Positions 50,201 to 60,960 of a DNA stretch of 64,000 bases are shown piece after piece. The translations under genes were made by a program, and so were the position numbers. The notes under the pieces are model-generated. The model saw nothing but the letters and a program-made list of their open reading frames with translations, had not been told where the DNA came from and did not search any database. Where the stretch lies: the NCBI RefSeq assembly GCF_009834535.1, contig NC_045696.1:62188001-62252000 (forward strand), read 5' to 3'. This DNA is from Camelus ferus. Lineage: Eukaryota. Numbering within the stretch: position 1 is the stretch's first letter; every line of letters starts with the position of its first letter.

Positions 50201-51870
50201 GGGAGAAAGCAGTGGCTCAGGAAGCAGAGAGATACCCAGCAACGTGGGCCCATCTCTGCTTTTGTCCACCCTTCCTCACCCACAATGCAACTTTTTTCAG
50301 AATGGTTTCGTACAGCCTAACATTCAGAGGTCTCCACAGGGACTGGGAGGCCAAGTTTTGAGCCCACACCAAGAATTCTGTTGACCACATGGTCTGCTCT
50401 GATGCCTGCAACATATGAAAAGTTATATTTAATATCCCTGGGAGAAACCAAATATAGGAAAGCCAGTTTGTAGTAGGCAACTGCTCTTGTTGTAAGAAGC
50501 ATCTCTGCCTAAGTGTTTGGTGAACCCTCAGCCCTTTAGAGTTGGGCTATGGATTCTCTAGTCATAATTAGACACGTGGATAAACAGAGACTTTAAGAGA
50601 GAAAGTAACAATCCAAGGTCCTCGACAGACCTAAACAAGGCCATTGCTCTCCTGCTAGATCTGGTCAGCATCCGACTGCACCAGAGCAGACCATGTGACC
50701 AACTCTCTCAGTCAGCCCAGCATCCCATCCATTGGCCTGCCCATGGCCTGGCCTGTATTCTTTTCCTCCTGAAAGTCTGGGATTGATGGGGTAAGAGGGT
50801 GGGGGTGCAGAATAGATGATCTCATTTCCCCTGGGTTAGTCAACAACTTGATCCCTGCCACTGAGGTATCTCCTTATGTGAATATTTACCTACCTCTGGG
50901 CTGGGTCTCAAGGCTTCTGAATGGATGCTTCCTAGACAATCACACCAAGTATCTTAAAACATGGCACAGCCTGCTTCCTTTCCTCACTGACTGAAAAAAG
51001 AAGCCATCCCCAATCCCTTTCCTACCTCCTACCACTCCAGGCAGGCTAACACTGGACATGGCCCTCCTATATCCCTGAGTAAGGACCCCAAAAGTCCACT
51101 AAAAGGCCTTCAGCCAAGCTGCCTCTGTTCAAGACATAGCGGCTGGTTTTTGAAGCAGCTCCAAACACTGGCCATTACATTTAAAGAAGACTAGAGCAAA
51201 TAGGAGCTAGTTAGTGGACTCCTTGAGCTCCCAGCATATACCTAGAGCCAAGGAAAATGGGGAGACTGGGGAGGAGGGGTTAAGGCCTTCTCCCCAGAGT
51301 GGTCCTGTGTGGTCCTGTTTCCTAGCTACAGAGGGACAACGCAATAAGGCTGTTGACCTCCAGCCTCCTGGGGTTCAGCAAAGCTACAGAGGTCAAAGGA
51401 GGGCAATTTCTAGGCCCTCTTGGACCCCAATCAGGATATGACCCTTCTCCAAAGGGAGCAGATGATACAGACCACCCTTTTCACAGTGTGGGACCCAGTG
51501 TGGGTACAGGACAGGGACACACACACTCAGGCTAGGCAGAGAGAGGCTCGGGGCCAAGCAGTCAGACTTGCTGGCCACTCTTGGGATAAACATGTGAAGA
51601 CAACAACCAGAATTTTGCAGAGCCACTTGCAGGGGAGAAACACAATCCATACAAATCAATGGAAAAATATCTGTTCTCAAAGACTTGGAACTTAGAAGTT
51701 AGAGCTTGGAAAACAGGAAGAGGCACGAGCCTCATTTGGCAGCAGAGGAGGAGAAAGCACGGGGGTCAAGGGTGTGACGCGAACACCCAGCAGAAGTCAG
51801 TGGAACTGGGTCCAGGCCAGGACAGATGTGCGGGCTGGACCAAACCAAGTTGATTCTCTTCTCCTTACAG

Positions 51871-52002
51871 TCCTTGTTGAGGAGAAAACGGAAGTTAACA
51901 GCATAACTCGTGCCCGGGTGCAGCCTCAGCTCAATGAAAGAGCAGATTCTACACTTGGAAGCCTTGGCTCTCTCCTTGAACTTGGTTTTAAAGGTTTCAG
52001 CG
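51871..52002 (+). other. Candidate 132-nt spliced exon of an unidentified transcript
   Basis: Acceptor ttctcttctccttacag and donor GCG|gtgagt. One open frame (phase 1-1). Peptide not recognised. Confidence 0.3.
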
Positions 52003-52629
52003 GTGAGTCATCACACCCCCCTCTCAGCCCTGACGTGTCTGAACCTGTAAGCACCTCCAGAGCTGGAGCACCCGTCACCTTCACACTATGATGACTAACC
52101 ACAGCCTTCTCGCAGTCTCCTAATTATTACAAAACAAAAATGCTACATGCCTCAAAGCTGAGGTTTGGGGAACAGCGGGTTTAAAATGCTGCAGAAGCAG
52201 CAGAGAGACAAAGTGGCAATGAGCTAACCCTTTGACAGGCCCTTGCAATGCTCAAGAGCATAGGCCAAGCTACCCAGGATCCAGATAGGATCCTCTCTTT
52301 GGCAGGACAGTGTTGTTAATATCATTCATTACCGCCTCTGATTAGGTTCCCAGGCTCATTAAGATCTCTGAGCCTTTGAATGTTTCTCTTGGATCAGATT
52401 GAATTCCACTTTGCAGAGAATTGTCAGGGCTTTCTAGAGTCCAGTGCAAGCCAGATATCATCTCTTGGCTTGACTTCTTCCTAAAGTTTCTCCCCTGTGC
52501 TCCTGTGTGTGCACTGCTGGTGACGCAAATCATCATTCAGGCATGCTGGCTAGCAGACCCATTGCTGCCAGATGAATTAGGGCTTCTAATCCAAACAAAG
52601 CCAACACGTCAAGTCCAAAATACTTGAAC

Positions 52630-54450
52630 TAAACTTACTCTAAAAATTATGGAGGTATATGTTACCACTCCAGCTAGACACAGAGAAGCACAGCTAAGCC
52701 AATTTTAAGGAGAGTGAAGAGGGCTTTTACCCTCTCTGATATTGACACATTATAAAGTTATCATGATAAAAACAGCAATTTAAAAAATGTACAAATAGAC
52801 CAACAGAAAAGAAGAGAGAGCTCAGATACAGACCCATGTATATGTCTGAACTTAAAACAGGACATAGGTGCTACCACAAATTGGTGGGAGATGGATAGAT
52901 TGTTTAGTAAATAGTATTTGTAAATAGTAAACTGGCTTACTATATGGAGGAAAATAAAACTGAATCCCTACTTAACACCACATACAAAAGAGGGCTGTGG
53001 GTGGTTTTAAGAGCTAAGTGTGAAAGAAAAAGAAAGAAAAATTCATTTAAAGAAAAATAGTAGAAATAAAATAGAATGAAGTGCAGGAAGATATCTTTGT
53101 GATTCAGAAAAGCTCTTTTTAAATGAAATTTTAAAAGCATCAGCCATAAGGCAATAAGAATTTCTAAACAACAAAAGATCCTATGAACAAAGTTAACAGA
53201 CTGATAGAAAAAAAAAATAGAAGATACTTGTAGCATCTAAAACCAATGGGAGTTGATATGGAGAATATGCAAGGATGTTGAACATTTGTGACTGCAATGG
53301 GAAAAATGGGGAAAGGATATAAACAGACGTTATATAGAAGATGAAACTCCAAGAGCTGACAAGTTGGTGCAGGGCAGTTTTCTCTGGAAGTAGATTCTGA
53401 GGTGGAGAGTCAGAATTTATTTGGGAGTGGTGAGAGAGTGAGGAAACAGCATTAGGTAGAGTCAGAATCCAAACTGTGATGCAGTTGTGGCTTAGGCTGT
53501 CCCTGTTGGGGAATGTGGAAACTGGGATATCTCTTCAGAGAGGTCCTGAATTTAGCCAGGGGATTAGGCTTTATTCCCCTGGAGGGACTAGTCATTGGAT
53601 GGATGCTGCTCCCGAGGAGAGTTCATAACCTTGGGTGAAGCCGCTTCCTCTGGCTGAGGACAATTGCTGGGGAGGGGCTCACCTGTGAGTCATCAGCTGC
53701 CAGCACTCCTGGCAGCTGGGTTAATGAGAGCCTCAGTCTTAGAGCAGGCATCTGAACAGTACACCATGTATCCATGCAGATACGAAAGAAGACTCAAAAG
53801 CATTAGTAATATGCAAAATGCAAATTAAAGCAACAAAGAGATATCACTTTATGCCTTTTATATCAGCAAAATATAGAAGGAAGGGTAGTGCCAAGTATTG
53901 GCAGGGATCTGGGACATGACAACACTTATAGGCTGCTGGTGAGAAGATGAACAGCAGAAAAGTGCCTCAGCAAATGCTCAGGAAGTCTCTGGCATTATGA
54001 GTCAAATTCAGTGAGGGATACTAGCAATTTCTCCACTAGGTATATACCCCCGAGAAATTCTTATGTAATTCTGTAAGGAGACATGTATGCGAATGTTTTT
54101 TGCACAGTTATCTAAGGTGGGAGTTGGGGGCTACCTGATTTTCCATTACTGAGATTGAGAAATAAAATACAGTGAATACACACCCGGGAGTACTACATAG
54201 TAGGATGGAAGCAGATGATCAGATGTACACAGAGCAACACGGCTGGATCCTAAGAACAGTGAAAAGAAAAGGGTGGGGATGGGGGGAGGAAAAAAGGAAA
54301 GACACATAATGAGATAGAATGTTTACATAAATTAAAAATACTGCAAGCAAATACTGTTTGTATGGAACATGCAAACAAAAGGATGCACACTAAATACATA
54401 AGAATCACTGTGGTCAAGAGAGGGGAATGGAATTGCAGGATGGGGAGTAA
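52630..54450 (+). mobile_element. L1ME-type fragment (ORF2 3' part and 3' UTR), interrupted by an LTR
   Basis: aaatagaccaacagaaaagaagagagagctcagatacagacccatgtatat...aaaactgaatccctacttaacaccacatacaaaa...aaatgcaaattaaagcaacaaagagatatcacttt. Confidence 0.75.
53365..53778 (-). mobile_element. LTR16-type ERVL solo LTR
   Basis: ctggaagtagattctgaggtggag...aactgtgatgcagttg...gactagtcattggatggatgctgc...ataaccttgggtgaag...cagctgccagcactcctggcagctggg. Confidence 0.8.
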
Positions 54451-56415
54451 AAGGAGAAAGGAAGTAAATAAACTCAAGAGAGGGGTCTGGCAAGGGCCAG
54501 TGATGCTAATATCCATGAACCAAGGAGTCAGATTAATTCAACTCCTGACACCTGATTTCTAAAACAAGTGGCAGCAGCAACCACAACTTGAACGCCGGGA
54601 AAGCAAGCTCATCTTCTCCCCTTCTCCCTCTCTGAGATCTCTCCTCAAAGGGCGCAGGCTGAGTCACTGGAAAATCACAGTCCCTGTGACACACCAGTCC
54701 CTGCTCTTACCTGCGAATGAAATGACATCCACCTCTAATCTTCAGTGGGATGAAAATGTTGGCACCTGGATAAAAGGTTCACGCCTCTCTCCAGCAGAAG
54801 GACTTTGCTCACAGGATGCCTTTTCATTTTCTACCCCTTGAACTTTCCCACCTGTGATTCTAATCAAAGTCATCACCTTAACTGAAATGCAATAGGCATA
54901 ACCTCCACCGCCTGCCTTTGATCAGAGCTGGTATGAAAGATAGGGGAGACACAACCAATTCAGGTGATGTCTCAGATCTTGCCCACCTGGGAGGGGGCCC
55001 CAAATGGTGAGAAGATATCCCACTAGGAAATGGGCTTGCTTTTGCCCACTGGTCTGGCAAGCCCTCTGTTCATGGGAAATAGGTGAGGTGTGAGCTCCTC
55101 TTGTGAAATCTATCCTGCGTGACCCATCAGTCCCAGAAAAACTGGAGATCCCAAGAGAGCCAGAAGAATAATGAGGCTTATCAGTTGGCCTTGGGTCCCA
55201 TTCCCCATGCTGGCTATTCCAAACCCCAACTGCTGTCCCTGAAGTCCCTAACTCTATCTCACAAGCAATTGAGAACCAAAGTCAGGTTACCTACCAGTCC
55301 AAAGGGAGGAATACAGAGATTAAAATCAAGGGATGCAAAAGAGAGCTGAGCCAGGAAGTCGGAGAGAAGCCCTTCCACTCAGGTTCAAAAGGTAGAACCA
55401 GAACGTCAAAGTGGCCATAAACACTGCTCTGAACCTCTCGACTGGCACCAGGCCCTGACTCCCAAGTTAACCCTTCCTTGCCCAGAGCATGCCCTCTTCA
55501 GTTATCACTATATAAAATGTTGCTTCTAGACACCAGCATTGTGTTCACAAACGCATCTCTGTAATAAATAGGATCCCTAGGCAAAATGAGAATCCTAGGA
55601 TATATGGTGAGGGAGTTTGTGTGGGTACCATTTTTATCATGTTTTTTTCTGGGTCCAGAAAGTCAACCTCTGTGCCTGCTTTACAACTTTTAATTTAGGA
55701 AAGCTCAGGGTAAGATGGATTGTCTGGTGAATGTATAAAATGCCTGTGCAAGGAGGTCTTCTGCAAGTGTTAACTCCCTTCCCTACCACCCTTTTCTTTT
55801 CCCCTTATTGGTGTTGTTGAGGAGTCATGCTGGACCCCAAAAGGTCTGGCCTCTTGTCATGGCTCAGACATCTTTTTACAAAATGATCTCAAGCAAGAGG
55901 CTCTCCCTTCCCCCAGCCCTCTGCTTCCTTGACTCTAGTTTCTCATGTTGAGAATTGGAGCTAGTAAAATCTGTCTTGAGGGTGGCCAGGTTGGTCCCTG
56001 TCCCATTTTCTCTAGCCTCTAGGGGATTAAAAATATTATTAGATTTACTTTTTTTAATAGAAAACTATAAAGAAGAAGTAAAAACTTAGTCTAATCCCAT
56101 GATCCTGGTAAAATCATTGGCATTAAGAAGGTGGGGTGTTAGAAAACAGACACAATATAGAAATACACAAAATGAAAATTGAAAGTCACCATCTCCCATT
56201 CCCTCTGTCCATAATAAATAACTACGCCCCTCAAAGTAAACAACTACTATTGTTTCTTATAATTCCATCCAGAAAAATTATGCGTATGTACTTACATATA
56301 TTCTTTCTAAAAAAGTATGAAGTGATCATATGATATATGGTATTATCTAATTTGTTCTCTTGTAATTTGATATATCATATATATATACACACTTTATTCT
56401 TTATAACAGCTAAAT

Positions 56416-56691
56416 AATATTCAATCAAATAGACTGTAACTCAGTTCAGGTGGATTGTGAATTTCTCTCCTTTTGTGAACACCAGGTCAGCCTCCTGCTC
56501 CTTGATTTCCTCCCAAGGGTCAGAGTTGGTGAGGAGCTGTGATTCAGGTGCCAGGTGAGACAAAAAAGTCCCCACACACCCAAAAGTTCTGGGTAAAGTT
56601 GCTGTGAAACTGTCTTGGTGACAGTGTTTGCTTGTTTCCCTTTCTGGAGAAAATGTCCACAAGTCAGTAGCCAATTTGCCACATATGTTGA
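56416..56691. repeat. Inverted duplication, left arm (partner 57808-58065)
   Basis: The reverse complement aligns to 57808-58065: 205/219 identical and ungapped over 56473-56691, plus an 18-nt indel and 32/39 identity in the outer part. Confidence 0.97.
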
Positions 56692-57689
56692 CAGCTGAAC
56701 ATTCTGGACAAACTTCAAGTGTTTTCAAATGATGACATTTCAGATTTGGAAAGGAATACAAGGTCATTTGGCTTAACCTCATTGAACCCAGTGTAGGAAT
56801 CTCTTCTATAAGCTTCTATGTTATCATTTATTTACCATCAATGTATCTTACCATGAAACAGCTTTTACTAACAGAAAAGTTTTTCTAATTTTCCCAAACC
56901 AGTTCTCATGCAATGTACCTGCATCGGTCCTAGCTCTGTCCTTTGAAATATCCTTGAACACGTGTGTTTCTCTTCCCATGGCCACCCTCCAGAAATCTGA
57001 CGACAGTGTTTGTATCATGTGGAATCCCCCCTCCATTCTTTTAACAAATATTCTTCCAGAGCCTGTGTAGGAACCAAGCACTGTGTTGGCATGTTGTAAA
57101 CTCTATGAGGACAGAGAGTTTAGTCTGTATTTTTATGTGCGGTCTCCATAGCACCTAAAAGGCTCTTACATACAGTAGGCATTTAATAAATATTTGCTGA
57201 ACAAATGACTACAAAGATGAACGGCATAGCCTCTGCCCTCAAGGACTGAGGTCTCGTGGGAGGAGCAGAACTACAGGCAACCATGATCCAGGGGCAGGGA
57301 GAGAACGTCGGTTAGGGGAACCTCGAAGGAGAGGTTCCAACATAGCGTTCACTACTCCCACCTCCCTCATCCACTAGCACTGATCACAGCATTTTGTTTT
57401 AGCTATCTGAGGACAGAGACTATCAGGTGTCACTTAGCTTCATATCCCCAGTGCCTAACACAGGGACTGGCATTTCATATTTGTTAAATGAATTGACTGA
57501 TTAATGGGTAGCTAAATGAATTAATATATTAATATTCCCAGAGGAAAAACTTAAGGGAACTGCTTTTATTGGCCTAAACTGGTGTTAAGTTTCACCAATA
57601 CAAAAAAAAAATGGTGGAATAGAAATAGAAAGATGAAATTCTTGGGAGAAAGTGACCATGGTGTCCTAGGGTTCCCCAAAGTCTCATTG

Positions 57690-58890
57690 TTGCAACATTT
57701 AATGAGCACCTACCCTGAGTTAGATATACTGCCAGACTGTAGGACAAAACAAATAAGACACAATTTCTGCCTTTCAGAAGCTCCCAGACTAGCTCACTAG
57801 CTAGTCATCAACATATGTGGCAAATTGGCCACTGGCTTGTAGACATTTTCTCCAGAAAGGGAAACAAGCAAACACTGTCACCATGACAGTTTCACAGCAA
57901 CTTTATTCAGAACTTTTAGGTGTATGGGGACTTCTCTGTCTCACCTGGCACCTGAATCACAGCTCCTCACCAACTCTGACCCTTGGAAGGAAATCGAGAA
58001 GCAGGAGGCTGAGCTGGTGTTCACAATCCTCCTGAACTGAGCTACAACCCATTTGATGAAATATTTCACTGTTACAAAGTCACACGCTAGCATGAGTGCT
58101 CTGACAATGTGCTGAGGCCGCTGTGAGGCGCTGGGGGGTCAGGAAGGCTCCTGGAAAACAGAGATGCCTGAACTGAGGGCTGAGGAAATTGTCCAGGTCA
58201 GAAGATGGAGGAAGGCCATTCTATGCAGGGGGATGACACAGGCAGAAGCCCAGAGGTGTGAGAACACAGCAGTTCGGGGGTATCCTGTCTGGGGAGTGGG
58301 AGGGAAAGATAGAGCGGGAGACAAGGCCCTGCTAAGGAAATTGGATTTTACCTCGAGGGCAGGAGGGAGCCTTTGAAAGAATCCTAAAATCCCGCGATGA
58401 TCAGAGTTGCATTGTAGAAGATTACTCTGACTTCAGTGTAGAAAATGGATTGGAGGAACAAGGATGCTACAAGAGAGATCAGTTAGGACACTATCTGGGA
58501 CATATTTGGAAAGTAGATGGAGAGAATAGACATCAAAGATGTTAAAGAGTAGCTGCCAGAACTCAGTGACTGGATGTCTACACTGGCTTTCAGGTTTCAG
58601 ATTTAGGTGACTGGGTGGGTGGAGATACCATCACCCCAGCCTGATAACAAGAACAGCCTAAGGAGCAGGCATGGGGGTGAAGACAATGAGTCACATCGGG
58701 GGCATGTGGAGTTTGAGGGCCTGTGGGCCATCCAGGCTGATCCACAAGGAAGATGGATGTGGGTCGGAAGCTCAAGGAAGGGAATTGGTCATGACACGGA
58801 CCCAGGGGCCTCCAAGAGACCAAGGCAGAGGTCGAAACAGTGGAGTGTGCCCATCACCCAGGGAGAGGGTGTGGGGTGGGGAGAGGAAAG
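57690..58890 (-). mobile_element. L2 LINE, interrupted at about 57800-58065
   Basis: L2 3' end caacatttaatgagcacctac...ttctgcctttcagaagctcccagactag, then L2 text resumes (gtcaggaaggctcctgg...gatgcctgaactgag...gaagattactctgacttcagtgtagaaaatggattggagg). Confidence 0.7.
57808..58065. repeat. Inverted duplication, right arm (partner 56416-56691), interrupting an L2
   Basis: Manual alignment. The near-identical ORF translations at 56446-56718(-) and 57817-58035(+) show the same thing. Confidence 0.97.
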
Positions 58891-60239
58891 GGTTATCCGA
58901 GAGTCCCAACAGTCTTTTGTGAAGATTTCCAAAACATTTTAAGGAATCCTCTGGGTGCCTCAGAATTATTACCAACTTAGAGCAGCTGCCTGTCTCAAAG
59001 CAAATACAGCAATGCCAGAGAAAAGTAATTAGAGAGAAACAGCAGTACTAAGAGAGGAGCCTGATTTTCAGATGTCCCTGGTGGGTAGCAACAAAGGCCC
59101 ATGAAGGGAGCTTCATGAAAGGAAAGAGGAAGGCATTGGATGAGGCCACTTTGAGCGATGTGGTTTTGGCTTATTTGAGATGACTCCCGGGGCCAGACCT
59201 GTACTCTACCCTCCCAGGTCCAGCACTAAGCAGTAGGCTTCCCAGGGCGCTGCATCCTGGCCTCCCCGGCTTTGGTCATGAAATCTTTGCAAGTTACAGG
59301 CATCTGAGGCACACGATGGCCCGATCGAGCCACATGCATATGTAAAGCTGACTCCTGGCTGTGAGGAATAAAAATCAATATTCAAAAATCTGAATTATTC
59401 AGATGCTGTACCTCGGAGGTGATTCATAACCCAAGGGGCGCCTCAGTAGGAAAACAGCGACTGAGGATTTGTGTGAACATGGCTTAGTCCACAATATCCC
59501 ATACCATCAGTCAAAGGGCTGACAAAAGATAAAGTAACAGAATTGTTCTTACGCAGTGTCCCGAGGAGAGCCTGGAGGAGCAGGGCTGCTGCTGCTGAGA
59601 CGTCTAGACCGTGGCAATAAGAAGAGAAGCAACTTGCCATCACGAAGGAGCAGAGGGTCCCCGGGCTCTCTATAAGGGCTAATGTCTTCCAGAACTCCTG
59701 GATCCTTTGCACAAAGGAAGGCAGTTTAAGCTGGGGGAGGGAGGATTATTCCAAGTATTCCCTTTTAGAAGAAAACTGAAGAGCTCCCCTAAGAAAAGTG
59801 GTAACAATCTTATATCCTTGACCCCAAATCACCATGTCATGTAGGTACAGAACCTAGTGCTGGGGCTGGTCAGGGCCTGTGCCAGCAAGACCATGAGCCG
59901 CGCCTGGACTGGCCTAGGGGAGGGGGAGGGGGAGGAAGACGTGGTGTGAATGGTCTGGTGACAACTCACCCCACAAAGGGAAGAAGCATCGAAAGCCATT
60001 CTAGAGAGAGGGAGGCAGCGCAGCCTACTGCACGTTCCAGAGCCTAGGAAGGATGAAGACCTGAGTTGTGAGTTCTTGGCTTCATGGCTTCACCACCATG
60101 GGACCTCGGACAAGACAGTTCTCTCTCAGCCTCAGATTCTGTTACAGCAAAATACTGATAATAATCCCCAACTTACTGGGTTCCTGGGACGATCAAATGA
60201 ATCAAATGAAAAGAAACACCTTGCTGTTCCCTCACACTG

Positions 60240-60697
60240 TGTATTAGTTAGGATATTACTTTGGTTGTTGTAACAAAGGGACCAAAATAACAGCGGCTTA
60301 AACGAGATGGAAGCTCATTTCTCTCTCATGTAAAACTCCCAGCTGGATGGCAGCTCCGGTCTGAGAGGACATCCAAGGCCCAGGTACCTTCTATCTCATC
60401 ACCAAGGGTGTTACCTTCCTTTGAATGCTTCTGAGAAGTCTCCCTGCCACTGCCATGTTGCAACTAGTAGAAGGGGTACAGGGGCCGAAGGCAGGCAAGA
60501 CGCTTCCCCAAAGCCAGGAGTTTATACACCACATTTTCTCATTTTCCATAGGCCAGAATGTGGTCACATAGTCATATCTAGCTGTAAGAGGGGCTGGGAA
60601 ATGTAGCTGTTTTCTGGGAAGTCACATACTCAACTGAAAACTCTGTGATTATAGAAGAGGAGGTAGCTATTGAGGGACAATTCACAGTCCTTGCCAC
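60240..60697 (-). mobile_element. MaLR solo LTR (MLT1J-like)
   Basis: tgtattagttagg...tgtaacaaagggaccaaaataacagcggcttaaac...ggccagaatgtggtcacatagtcatatctagctgtaagaggggctgggaaatgtag...ttgccac. Confidence 0.8.
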
Positions 60698-60699
60698 CC

Positions 60700-60960
60700 C
60701 CAATTTGTCTAACTCCTTTTCATCCTCAGATCTCAGATTTATGTCCCTTCCCTCCGGAGGCCTTCCCTGACCCTCCAGGCCACTTAGACTCTCCCTTTGC
60801 TCCTTCACATCATTTTTGATTTGCTGTCTATTTTTCTCACTAGAATATAAACTCCTGGGGTGGGGGGCTGTGCCCGTCTTCCTCCCTGCTGTTTCCCTGT
60901 GGCACCCAGAGCTAGTCACAGAGCAGATGTGAGATACACCTGTGCTGACGGACTAATGAG
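60700..60960 (+). mobile_element. L2 3' fragment
   Basis: tcctcagatctcagatttatgtcccttccctccggaggccttccctgacc...cactagaatataaactcctggggtgggggctgtg. Confidence 0.65.

Noticed and set aside
53694..53718. Hairpin CAGCTGCCAG-cactc-CTGGCAGCTG as a miRNA or terminator
   Set aside because: Too short for a pre-miRNA and part of the LTR16-type element.
56441..58035. Two near-identical ORFs on opposite strands as a duplicated small gene or toxin/antisense pair
   Set aside because: The similarity is fully explained by the DNA inverted duplication. The starts are non-ATG and many substitutions change amino acids.
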